A stretch of DNA of 63,641 nucleotides, filler included, from Octopus bimaculoides (Eukaryota): assembly GCF_001194135.2 (NCBI RefSeq). It is 7 parts of 6 records of this genome, joined end to end, with 100 filler letters (N's around TTAATTAATTAA, not from the genome) between each part and the next. Parts side by side here need not be neighbours in the genome. Positions count along the whole stretch, not along the records: positions 27,025 to 50,702 come from NC_068983.1; 6 more parts are not named here. One strand, 5' to 3'. This document shows, piece by piece, positions 38,671 to 50,660 of this stretch. Position numbers and translations under genes: made by a program. The notes beneath the pieces are model-generated. The model was given only the letters and a program-made list of their open reading frames with translations, had not been told where the DNA came from and searched no databases. How positions within the stretch are numbered: the stretch's first letter is position 1; every line of letters starts with the position of its first letter.

Positions 38671-39259
38671 ATATTTAACCCCACTTAAACATGGATATTC
38701 TATTGGAACAAACTGTACTGTGGTAGTTACAATGAGAGAAATTCTCATTTTGGCCTTTTGGTGTAAAATGCACTTTTGTTTATGTTGTGTGGACGCCCCC
38801 AGGCAATAAGTAGGCTAGTCCAATACATATAAATAGCTAGATGAAAAGCGTCGCATAGAGCGCCGGAGCCATTGGTAGACTAGACGTTGAGTTCTGTAGT
38901 GAGAGTTGAGTAGAGGTCATCCGCACGTGTTATATAACAGTTTATATCGTTTATATTGCTAGTAGGGAGATAAATCCACTCTACTTCCAGTGCCAAGATC
39001 ATCAGATCACTTGATTTCAACCTTGTTTGGTCTTGTCAACCACTAGAAGCTGCAGCAATTCATCTCCTGACAAGTGATATATAGATTGACAGTGCCATTA
39101 CAGGCATTGGTGTCAAGATTAGCCAGTTAGCTTGTTAAAAAAATATATTAGCAACAAAATCAGTATTATTACTGTCTCTGTTGCTAATAAATATTTTCCT
39201 AATCAAAGTATCTGCCCCAACAAATGATAATGAAATTCTATCCATCCATTCATTTTACT

Positions 39260-39690
39260 GTCCACTATTCCTAGAAGAGTAGAGTTTTCAAGCAACCTCC
39301 TCCATAGGGTCCAATCAAAAGCAACTATCATTGCACTTTTCCGATAGATTTCCAAGAATGACCAACTGAGACTATGGATATTGTCCAAGCATCTCACTCT
39401 CAGTCTCCCCTATGTCTTCTGTCAGTTGGCTTGGCTTAAAGAATCTGTCTTGCCATCCTCTCCTGTAACATTCTAATCACACATCTGTAGTTCTGGAACT
39501 GTGATCCCCTAAATGCAGAGAAGTAGTAGCTTGATCTGAAGAGACTCCCTGATCTCTGAGCTACGCCCCTTGCTGAGAAATGTTACTCCAGAGATCCTTC
39601 AGAAGAACACCTTCTCAGTTGCTTGCATCTGTGATTGTACTATCTCAGTTGTTACCCAACATTTATGACCACAAGTGAGGTCAGGCAAAA
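39260..39690 (-). pseudogene. RTE LINE 3' fragment of a different family
   Basis: GHKCWVTTEIVQSQMQATEKVFF*RISGVTFLSKGRSSEIRESLQI resembles the RTE YGxExW..EMRFLRRI region. Confidence 0.7.
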
Positions 39691-40419
39691 AACTGAGTTG
39701 ATGATAACACATTTGGCTTTTTTCACCAACCTCTCCTCTTTTGATAATAGAATTTCAAAGCTAATACATTACTGTGCCAGAACCTGCAGTTCTAGCATCC
39801 AATTCAACCTCCTGCCTCCCACCATTCATAAATACAGTATTTTCTGTACAGTAAAGACAATAAAACCAAAGCAAAACAATGCACAAACCTATGGCTCACA
39901 GAACTGCACTCAGTATCATCATCACCATCATCATCATCATTTAAGGCCTGCCTTCCATACTGGCATGGGTTGGATGATTTGAAAGAAGCTGGCCAGGCAG
40001 AAGACTGCATCAAACTTCTGTGTCTGTTTTGGCAAGGTTTTTGTGGCTGGACACCCTTCCTAATGCCAACCACCCAGTAGAGTGGACTGTGCTTTTTACA
40101 TGGCACCTACATAGGTGAAGTCAGTTTTGGTATGGTTTTTACAGCTGGATGCTGTTCCAAGTTCCAACCACTTTACAGTGTGGACTGGATGCTTTTTACA
40201 TGGCACCAGCACTGACAGGGTCACCAAGTAACTTGCAAGACAAGGATCCTTTGAGAGTGGAGGGAGGATTGGAGAAGGTTATCTTGTGTCAGATGATGAA
40301 AGGTTAGAGTGTGACAGAGAGACAGACAGAGAGACAGAAACTAGTGTCTTGCTGTAGAGAGAAGGAGAGAGAAATAAAACTACTAAATAACAGTAAATAA
40401 GAATGATAATAATCACAAG

Positions 40420-40825
40420 GTCTGAAATTTTTGAATAAGGATTAGTCAATTACATTGACCCCAGTGCTTAACTGGTATCTATTTTGTTGACTCCAAAACA
40501 ATGAAAGCAAAGTTGGCTTTAGACAAATTTGAACTTAGAACCTAAAGAGCCAAAAGAAATGCTGCTAAGCATTTTGTGGGATATGCTAATGATTCTGCCA
40601 GCTTGCTGCCTTAATGGTTTCAAATTTTGGCACATGACCAGAAACATTTTCAGGAGTGGTGTATATTGATTACATTAACCCCTAGAACTACACTTATTTT
40701 ATCAAACCCAAAAGGATGCAAATTCAACCTCAACAGAATTGGAACTCAGAGTAAAAAGATCCAGAACAAATGATACTAAGCATTTTGTCTGATGTGTTAA
40801 CAATTCTGCCAGCTTGCCACCTTAA
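40420..40825 (-). mobile_element. two degenerate SINE B copies abutting an (AAT)n/(GAT)n tract
   Basis: reverse-complement heads ending GCCAGCTTGC(T/C)(G/A)CC at ~40610 and ~40820. Confidence 0.7.
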
Positions 40826-40854
40826 TAATAATGATAATGATAATGATGATGATG

Positions 40855-40946
<92 letters not shown>

Positions 40947-40947
40947 G

Positions 40948-40997
<50 letters not shown>

Positions 40998-41689
40998 NNN
41001 NNNNNNNNNNNNNNNNNNNNNNNNNNNNNNNNNNNNNNNNNNNNNNNNNNNNNNNNNNNNNNNNNNNNNNNNNNNNNNNNNNNNNNNNNNNNNNNNNNNN
41101 NNNNNNNNNNNNNNNNNNNNNNNNNNNNNNNNNNNNNNNNNNNNNNNNNNNNNNNNNNNNNNNNNNNNNNNNNNNNNNNNNNNNNNNNNNNNNNNNNNNN
41201 NNNNNNNNNNNNNNNNNNNNNNNNNNNNNNNNNNNNNNNNNNNNNNNNNNNNNNNNNNNNNNNNNNNNNNNNNNNNNNNNNNNNNNNNNNNNNNNNNNNN
41301 NNNNNNNNNNNNNNNNNNNNNNNNNNNNNNNNNNNNNNNNNNNNNNNNNNNNNNNNNNNNNNNNNNNNNNNNNNNNNNNNNNNNNNNNNNNNNNNNNNNN
41401 NNNNNNNNNNNNNNNNNNNNNNNNNNNNNNNNNNNNNNNNNNNNNNNNNNNNNNNNNNNNNNNNNNNNNNNNNNNNNNNNNNNNNNNNNNNNNNNNNNNN
41501 NNNNNNNNNNNNNNNNNNNNNNNNNNNNNNNNNNNNNNNNNNNNNNNNNNNNNNNNNNNNNNNNNNNNNNNNNNNNNNNNNNNNNNNNNNNNNNNNNNNN
41601 NNNNNNNNNNNNNNNNNNNNNNNNNNNNNNNNNNNNNNNNNNNNNNNNNNNNNNNNNNNNNNNNNNNNNNNNNNNNNNNNNNNNNGTGG

Positions 41690-41720
<31 letters not shown>

Positions 41721-42429
41721 AATGCTCTGATATAGTACTATGGCTTCTGATCTTAACTGATTGGAAGTGTTATCATGTACATGCTTTGTCTTGGTGTAAA
41801 AGATGGATTACAGCAAATATTCTGCTCAATACCACAGATTTGCTTGTCAGTTGCTTGACCTATACATACATTTACATATATGCAATGGGATTGTTTCAGC
41901 CACTGTCAACCAAATCCACTCACAAGGCTTTGGTTAGCCTGGGGCTACAGTAGAAACACTTGTTCAAAGTGCTAAGCAGTGGGACTGAAGCTGAAATCAT
42001 CTGGTTGGGAAGCAGACTTTTTACCACACAGCCATACCTGCACCTAACACATGTAAAAAATAAATTACTGAGGTGAATTACACAGGGATGCTAGCTGCAT
42101 GATAAACAATGGTTAAATCTGTGTGTTAGCATATTTAATGTAGTGAGCATCAAAAATCTAATTAGAAAAACATTAAGTAAAAACATAATGACTTGTTGTT
42201 ACTTTCCTCCTTGTCAAACCAACTGTTTAGGTAACAGTTGTTACTGATCTTGTTATTGTTGTAGTTTAGCACTTTTTATCACAGCATAGCTTTAAACAAA
42301 TGCTCTCTCCCTATACTTTGCAAAAAAACAAAAATAGTCAGAAGTTGATGTTGAACAATGGTTTATTATTTATATTTTCTTATAGTATCCTATCCGATAT
42401 GTGCTTTGTTAGATATTTAAGTAGCTTAG

Positions 42430-42715
42430 TGCTTTCAGATCAATGCCAACACTGGGAAATGCATTGTCTGGCATAGCTGCACCAACAGAGGTGCACCTTC
42501 TATGAACAGAATAGGATTGCAAGAACACAAAGAAAACATGAGCTGTGCAAGTCCAGAACTAACTTCTTGCCTTCATTCCCAGCAGATCACTAGTGCCTAA
42601 CTTGTGACAGAACCTTCCAAGCATACATCAATCTGATTGGCTACAGTCAGACACACCATGATACATCTTCTCCTCCTATATGATATCCTGGCCATTGTCA
42701 ACAACAATGAACAAA
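42430..42715 (+). pseudogene. RTE-type LINE extreme 3' fragment with decayed C2H2-like finger
   Basis: ..TCDRTFQAYINLIGYSQTHH resembles CxxC-RTFxARIGLxSHxRxH RTE C-termini. Confidence 0.5.
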
Positions 42716-42759
42716 TATTATGTAGCTTGGTGCCTCCTATGTTAACCTCTTGATGAGAA

Positions 42760-43326
42760 TTTGGTGCAGGCATGGGTGTATGATTAAGCAGCTGGATTTG
42801 CAACCATGTGATTTGGGGTTCAGTCCCACTGTATGCTACCTTAGGTATCTTCTACTATAGCACCTGGCCAACCAGTGCCTTGTGAGTGAATTTGATAGAT
42901 AGAACTTGTGTGGAAGTCAGTAATATATATATATCTTTTATCTTTTACTTCTTTCAGTCATTAGATTGCAGCCATGCTGATGAATTTTGGTCAAACTAAT
43001 CAACCCTAGTACATATTTTCTTTTCAAGCCTGGTACTAACAGTCTCTTTTGTTGAATTGCTAAGTTACAGGGACATAAACACACCATCACTAGTTGTTGA
43101 GCACTGGTGGGGGAAACACAGACACAAAGACACATGTACACACACACGTACGCATGCGCATATACACACACATGCACACACATATACGACAAGCTTCTTT
43201 CAGTTTCCACCTATCAAATCTACTCACAAGGCTTTGACTGCCTAAGGCTATAGTAGAAGACACTTGCCCAAAACCCAGAATCATGTGGTTGGGAAGCAAA
43301 TTTCTTACCACATAGTCATGCCTGTG

Positions 43327-43372
<46 letters not shown>

Positions 43373-43650
43373 GGTATGTAAGATTATATGTGTGTGTGTA
43401 TGTACATAGGCATGTGTATGTACATAGGCATGTGTATGTACATAGGCATGTGTATGTGTATGTGTATTTGTTCATCACTACCACAGCTTGACAACTGGTG
43501 TTGGTTTGTTTGTGTCTTTATAATGTAGCACTTCATCAAAGGGGACAAATAAAATAAGTACTGGGGATTGATTTGTTGAACTAAACTCTTCAAAGTGGTA
43601 CCCAGCATTCTTGCAGTTCAATAACTGAAACAAGTAAAAAATAAAAGCTA
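42760..43650. mobile_element. cluster of SINE A copies (+ head 42760-42925; - full 42935-43330; + tail 43470-43650)
   Basis: motif matches. Confidence 0.75.
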
Positions 43651-44606
43651 AATTACTAAAAACAAAAAAAAAACAAACAAAATAAAAGAGTTAGCAAGGA
43701 TTTGCACCAAGGTGCAATTATATTGCACCTTGGTGCATCATCAGTTATGTTTCTGCTCACTGATAGTACAATATCTGACTTATATTCTAATCCTGAGAAA
43801 GATTTTTGAAAATATGTTTAATGACTAATATTTTAACCCTCTTGTGACACCTGGGCTGATTAATAGACCCAAGTGATACAAGCTGAAAGGGCTTTGAGGC
43901 CGATCATTTGGCCCAATGAAACAAACATTGTGAATTGGTTGGTTTTGAAGTGTAATAGCCAATCAGAAATTGTCCTTCAGTACATATTTATGTTTTGTTT
44001 TTTTCACAGATACATTTATGCTTATTTTATTTATTTACATGTATTCTATTGTTTTAGGTTTTCTTGTTGTGATAGATGTATTATGCTGTTGATAAGCTTC
44101 CATAATATATATAGTTTTACATACTAACAAAGTAGTTTTAGGCACTTTATCCTTTGTTTTCTGTATCACCCATCAATTTCAATCTCAACAGAAAATAAAA
44201 AGATGGTCTTTTTGGCCAAACATACCAAAACATTGTGTATCTCAAGAGAGTTAATTATTTTGTTAAGTATGGGTGACAACTTTGAATATGTTTCAATCTT
44301 ATTACACCCACTCAGCAAAGCATAGACTTGATCATGCTAAAGAATGAATGGAAGAATCATGATGTAGAATTACTACATTGTACATGAGGAGAGGTGAAAG
44401 GTTGACATATTAAAGTTGACTACATTATTCATCTTTTAGCTCTCATCTATCACTTGTTTCAGTCATTGTACTATGGCCATGCTGGGGCACTATCTCGAAG
44501 GGTTTTGCTGAACGAATCAACCCCAGTATCACTAAGTTTTGGGGACAAACAAACCAACACTTGTTGTCAAGAGATGGTGGGGAGCAAACACAAACATACA
44601 CACACA

Positions 44607-44659
<53 letters not shown>

Positions 44660-45080
44660 CTTGCAAAGTTACTTGGTGACACTGCCAGTGCTGGGTTCGC
44701 ATTTGGAAAGGCGTCCAGCTGTAAAAACTATGCCAGAGCTGACCTCGCCTGTGCTGGTGCCATGTAAAAAGCATTCAGCTCATGCTGTGGGGTGGTTGGT
44801 GTTACGAAGAGCATCTATCTGTAAAAACTATGCCAAAACAGACACAGAAGTATGGTGCAGGCTTCTGCCTTGCCAACTCCTGTCAAACTGTCCAACCCAT
44901 GCCAGCATGGAAAGAGAAAATTAAACGATGATGATGATGATGAGGAGGAGGAGGAGGAGGAGGAGGAGGATGTAAAATTACAAATTAAAAGCAGCTCTAA
45001 TAATATAAGCATTATTAATTACGCATATGTAGCATATGTGTTTTGTTTATATGCCCATCTGTTACAGGACAGCATCTTAT

Positions 45081-45410
45081 GAAAGCTCTCTACATGACAC
45101 TGAGTGTTAAAGAACACTGAATGTCCCAGACCAAACAAGATAACTTGCCTCAAATTAATTGAGAATGATAAATATCGATATTTCACCATTATTGTGGACC
45201 ATCAGTACCATGTGCTCAAGACACTTCAAAACAAAATGTGTCGCCAGTCTGGGACATATATGCAAACAGACTTCACACTATTTGCATATATGTCGAAATA
45301 TATGGCAAAATATTGATAGCTATCAATTCTGATCATCTCAAGCCAAGTTGCTTTGCCTCGTCTAGGACATTCAGTGTTCCTTAACGCTAGGCGTCATGCA
45401 GGGAGCTTTC
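45081..45410. mobile_element. fold-back MITE, ~330 bp, long inverted arms
   Basis: GAAAGCTCTCTACATGACACTGAGTGTTAAAGAACACTGAATGTCCCAGAC (45081-45131) versus its reverse complement at 45360-45410; weaker pairing continues inward. Confidence 0.75.
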
Positions 45411-45501
45411 CCAGAATAGTATCCCACGGCAAATGAACACATAAACAAAACACATACACTATGTAAATGTGATCGATAATGTTTATGTCTGTGTATGTGT
45501 G

Positions 45502-45533
<32 letters not shown>

Positions 45534-45746
45534 NNNNNNNNNNNNNNNNNNNNNNNNNNNNNNNNNNNNNNNNNNNNNNNNNNNNNNNNNNNNNNNNNNN
45601 NNNNNNNNNNNNNNNNNNNNNNNNNNNNNNNNNNNNNNNNNNNNNNNNNNNNNNNNNNNNNNNNNNNNNNNNNNNNNNNNNNNNNNNNNNNNNNNNNNNN
45701 NNNNNNNNNNNNNNNNNNNNNNNNNNNNNNNNNNNNNNNNNNNNNN

Positions 45747-45779
<33 letters not shown>

Positions 45780-45784
<5 letters not shown>

Positions 45785-46712
45785 GTGGGGAAGGCCAGTG
45801 TATGGGATGACTTTAGGTTTCCTGTCCATAAAAGGTATAGCTTTATGGCATATCATCAGGTCCCAAAAACCTGTTGGCTCATGGCCTCTTAAAAATATGG
45901 AGGGAGAAATGCCTCACCACTCAAAGGTAAGAATTGGGGATTATCTTCCTTTGCTAATGGCTATCAACTTCCAGCTGTGCTGCCATCTTGCAGGCTTCAG
46001 AAGGCTAGCAGGAATCTTCTGAAATGTAAACATGGCCCAAAAATCTCCATTCTGGAGTTAAGGATGTTCCCAAGTGTCACCAACAACAGCAGTCCCAGCT
46101 CCAACAACAACAATGTCAGTGGCAACAACAACAACACCCGGAGGTACAGCACCAACAACACATGCCCACTGAGATACATTGGATGTTCCAGGAACTCCTT
46201 CAGGCAACATCTCTCCAACCACAGGTCCTCCTTCAGAGTTCCACAAAGGAGATACGTAACATCACTGGCCAGCCACGTCTGGCAACTAAGAGATGATGGG
46301 ATTCCATACTCGATCACATGGAAAATCCTCGAGAACCCAGACCCCTACATCAACGGGATGAAGGATTGCAAGTTATGCACAGCTGATTGTGTGAGAATCC
46401 TAAAAAACTCACTTGAATCAGGGAACATCCTTAACTCCAGAACGGAGATTTTCAGGCCATGTTTATATTTCAGGAGGTTCCTGCTAGCCTTCTGGAGCCC
46501 GCAAGAAACCAACACAGCCGGAAGTCAATAATCAACAGCAAAAGAAGATAATCCCCAATTGTTACCTTTGAGCAGTGAGGCATTTCCCCCTCCATATTTT
46601 TAAGAGGCTATGGGCCAACAGGTTTTTGGGATCTGAAAATGCGCCATAAAGCCAAACTCTTTATGGATGGGAAACCTAAGGTCATCCCACAATCCGGCCT
46701 TCCCCATTTTTA
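45780..46712 (+). mobile_element. Penelope-like element 3' remnant: GIY-YIG ORF fragment between ~290-bp inverted repeats
   Basis: 45780-46071 is the reverse complement of 46421-46712; ORF RYIGCSRNSFRQHLSNHRSSF..TSLASHVWQL..YSITWKIL..CKLC..ILNSRTEIFRPC. Confidence 0.88.
45803..45865 (-). ncRNA. type I minimal hammerhead motif in the left inverted repeat; mirror copy at 46627-46689 (+)
   Basis: TGGGAC-CTGATGA-[CCATAAAG/TTTTATGG stem]-GAAA-CCTAAAG-TC-ATCCCA; the + copy has perfect stems I and III (TGGGAT/ATCCCA, CC-TAA-GG) but core CTGAAAA. Confidence 0.6.
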
Positions 46713-46781
46713 GTATATACTGCACTACATCTTAGAGTGTGCTTTTTTCAGATTTATGTTTTTTACAAATGATATACAAAT

Positions 46782-47190
46782 AGGCGTAGGAGTGGCTGTG
46801 TGGTAAGTAGCTTGCCTACCAACCACATGGTTCTGGGTTCAGTCCCACTGTGTGGCACCTTGAGCAAGTGTCTTCAACTATAGCCTCAGGCCAACCAAAG
46901 CCTTGTGAGTGGATTTGGTAGAAGGAAACTGAAAGAAGCCCGTCATATATATGTATATACATATATATGTATGTGTGTGTGTCTGTGTTTGTCCCCCCAA
47001 CATCGCTTGACAACCAATGCTGTTGCGTTTACGTCCCCGTAACTTAGAGGTTCGGCAAAAGAGACCGATAGAATAAGTACTAGGCTTACAAAGAACAAGT
47101 CCTGGGGTCGATTTGCTCGACTAAAGGCGGTGCTCCAGCATGGCCACAGTCAAATGACTGAAACAAGTAAAAGAGTAAAAGAGTAAGAGT
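46782..47190 (+). mobile_element. SINE A, best preserved full-length copy
   Basis: tRNA-like head with A/B boxes, internal (TA)/(TG) spacer, 3' module ending (GTAAAAGA)n. Confidence 0.92.
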
Positions 47191-48289
47191 ATATAGATAT
47201 AATATATATATACATACACACACACACACACACACACACATGACAGGCTTCTTTCAGTTTCCATCTACAAAATTCACTCATAAGGTTTTGGTTAGCCCAA
47301 GGTTTTAGTAGAAGACACCTGCCCAAGGTGCAATGCAGTGGGATTGAGTGACTGAAGTTAGCTTCCTACCGCACAGCCATGTCTGAGCCTATTCAATATA
47401 TCCTACTTTTCTGATATGATAGGATGTGATTTGTGGAGGATTCAGTTGCTATTTCTAACAGGTTGAATGCCTATAAAGACATTCATATGCTTAACAGCTG
47501 ATATCACTTGCTGTTACTGCTGTCATAGCTGCTGCTGATGATGATGAAGATGATGACAACATTACTGTTGCATTTACTTCTTATTTAACCCTAGGTCAGT
47601 CCTGACAGACCTGGTTTATGATCAAAGGCCATTCCAACCAGGACTTCAAACAATATTATCCACTGTGTCCTGTAATAAAAGGGCAATGTGTAATCTGCAG
47701 GGAAACCTGCCTGTGACTTCTAGCAAGTCAAGCGACCATGTATAGGCTCCTTCTATTTTTAATGTTATTATTACCTGCTGTTGTTATTTCTGCTATTTTT
47801 GCTACAGTTGCTGCTGCTGCTGCTGCTGCTGCTGTATCTGTTATTGCTGCAGCTCTCTAACTGTTACAGCAGCAGTTCTTACTGCTATTACTGTCATTAC
47901 TGCAGTTGCTGCTACTACTGCTCTTACTATCAGTGTTATTGCAGTTGTTTATTCCATTGCAGCATAAGGGATAGCTGAAAGTCAGTCATCCACAGAGTAT
48001 TTGTGTCTGTATTTCTCTCAATGTCATCATTCACTGACTCACTGGAGAGCTGAGATATTTCTGGAAGACTAATTCTGACTCATCCACACACCATCTGGCA
48101 CAATAATACATAACATACAATAAATGGCAGTAGCTGTGCTGACTAACTCAAGTGTTCTATTCTCTTTCTTCATTTTAATTATTTTCCTATTTCCCCCTCA
48201 GCTGAATACTTTGTCTGACAGAGAGACAGATAAATAGATAGAAAAAGCGGTATGTGTGTGTGTGTGTGTGTGTGTTTTATCTTATATCG

Positions 48290-49191
48290 TTCGCTTGTTT
48301 CAGTCATTAGACTGTGACTATGCTGGGGCACCATCTGGAAGAATTTTTTAGTCAAATGAATCAATCCCGGTACTTATACTTTGGGTTTTTTTTAATTTAT
48401 TCTATCGGTTGAACCATTAAGTTACAGGGCATAAACACACCAGCACCAGTTGTCAAGTGGTGGTGGGATACACACACACACACACACATATATATTCTTT
48501 TATTCTTTTACTTGTTTCAGTCACTTGACTGCAGCCATGCTGGAGCACCGCCCTAAAGGTTTTTAGTCAAAGAAACCAACCCAGAATTTATTCTTTGTAA
48601 ACCTAGTACTTATTTTATCGATTGGTTAGCCAAACTGCTAAGTTACAGGAATGCAAACACACCAAAATCAGTTGTCAAGTGATGGTGGGCAACAAACACA
48701 AACATCACACACACATAAAAATATATACGATAGGCTTCTTTCAGTTTTCATCTACCAAATCTCACAAGGCTTGGNNNNNNNNNNNNNNNNNNNNNNNNNN
48801 NNNNNNNNNNNNNNNNNNNNNNNNNNNNNNNNNNNNNNNNNNNNNNNNNNNNNNNNNNNNNNNNNNNNNNNNNNNNNNNNNNNNNNNNNNNNNNNNNNNN
48901 NNNNNNNNNNNNNNNNNNNNNNNNNNNNNNNNNNNNNNNNNNNNNNNNNNNNNNNNNNNNNNNNNNNNNNNNNNNNNNNNNNNNNNNNNNNNNNNNNNNN
49001 NNNNNNNNNNNNNNNNNNNNNNNNNNNNNNNNNNNNNNNNNNNNNNNNNNNNNNNNNNNNNNNNNNNNNNNNNNNNNNNNNNNNNNNNNNNNNNNNNNNN
49101 NNNNNNNNNNNNNNNNNNNNNNNNNNNNNNNNNNNNNNNNNNNNNNNNNNNNNNNNNNNNNNNNNNNNNNNNNNNNNNNNNNNNNNNNNNN

Positions 49192-49224
<33 letters not shown>

Positions 49225-49575
49225 ATGGACTTCTTTCAGTTTAAATCTCCCAAATCCACTCACAAAGCTTTGGTTGGCCCAAGGCTATAGTAGAAGACAC
49301 TTGCTATATATGTATGTATGTAATTGTGTGTGTGTGTGCATGTATATATGTATGTATCTTTGCTTTATTCTTTTTACTTCTTTCACTAATTAGAGTGCAA
49401 CCATGCTATGGCACCACCTTAGGGAATTTAAGTTGAATGAATCAAACCCAGTACATTTTTTTAACACCTGATACGTAGTCTCTCAGTCCTTTTGGCAAAC
49501 ATAACTAAGTTACAGTGATGTAAACACACCAACACAGGTTGCCAAGTAGAGGAAGGGAACAAACACAGACACAAA
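48290..49575 (-). mobile_element. cluster of SINE A fragments
   Basis: reverse-complement tails at 48290-48470, 48495-48700 and 49360-49575; head parts at 48730-48775 and 49225-49305. Confidence 0.75.
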
Positions 49576-49654
49576 AATGCAAACACATAGCTATGTATAT
49601 GTATACATATATATATATATCAAAATGTATGTATATATATATATATATATATGG

Positions 49655-49830
49655 AAGAATTTACGAAAAAAAACAACAACAGACGAGGACAGGTGGTGTA
49701 GACAACAAAAGGATGTATAAGTTTAACGCTCGGGAATACAGAAAGTCTTTAACCTTTCAAGCTACGCTCTTCAACAGAAAGAATACAGAGAAAACAAGGA
49801 GAAAAACACGGAGAAAAAAAATTGAATGTC
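49655..49830 (-). mobile_element. Penelope-type terminal fragment with degenerate hammerhead motif (49746-49782)
   Basis: TCTTT-CTGTTGA-A-GAGC-GTA-GCTT-GAAA-GG-TT-AAAGA; homologous to 11540-11634. Confidence 0.5.
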
Positions 49831-49850
49831 TTGGTCAGCGATTATATATA

Positions 49851-50660
49851 TATCACTAAATGTGACTAGGGTGTTAGAAAACACTTACATTGCTAGAAAA
49901 ATGAACTAAAACACTCTAATGTTGTAGTTAACACACATGAATGAAAACATACACTAACAGGGACCATAATCGTCCGAAATGTGGCAGTCAAAAATTCTTA
50001 ATACTGACATATCAGTCTCAGCAATTTCCGTCACCTCATCAGTTAAACCAGCTCGAGTTCGGAAAGAGCTGAAGTTGAGCTGGCTTTACTGATGAGGTGA
50101 CGGAAATTGTTGAAACTGATATGTCAGTATTAAGAATTCTTGACCAGCACTTTTCTGACAATTATGGTGCCTGTTAGTGTATATGTTTTCATACATGTGC
50201 ATTAACTACAGCATCAGAGCATTTTAACTCTTATTTCTAGCAATGTAGGTGTTTTCTAACACCCTAGTCACATTTAGTGATATTTGTAACTCTCCTTTTT
50301 GGTGAAACATTGCAAACTGCTGTTTATATTAATTCAAGATATACACGTTAGCAAATCGCTAAATCATCCAATTATTTGGATGACAAAAACCATAAATATT
50401 AATGGTGAAGTGAGTCCAGAAAGAGTTAAAGCCAAGCTGTCTTTGAAATGTCATTATTAGGAATTCTCAGTCGGCACTTTTCGGATGATTATGGTCCCTG
50501 TCAGTGTATATGTTTTCATTCATGAGCATTAACTACAACATTAGAGCAGTTTAGCTCTTATTTCTAGCAATGTAGGTGTTTTCTAACACCCTAGTCACAT
50601 TTAGTGACTTTGTAATTCTCCTTTTTAGTGAAACATTGCAAACTACTGTTCATATTAATT
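49851..50660. mobile_element. three-unit element: inverted pair (~204-bp arms, 49851-50054 / 50077-50282) plus a diverged direct repeat (50419-50660)
   Basis: direct reading; mixed inverted and tandem terminal repeats are typical of Penelope-like pseudo-LTRs. Confidence 0.8.
50084..50134 (+). ncRNA. type I hammerhead motif with intact core; mirror copy 49997-50047 (-) has GAAA>GAGA
   Basis: CTTTA-CTGATGA-GGTGACGGAAATTGTT-GAAA-CTGA-TATG-TCAG-TA-TTAAG: 4-bp stem III plus A-U, GUA triplet, stem I 4/5 paired, wobble-rich stem II. Confidence 0.6.
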
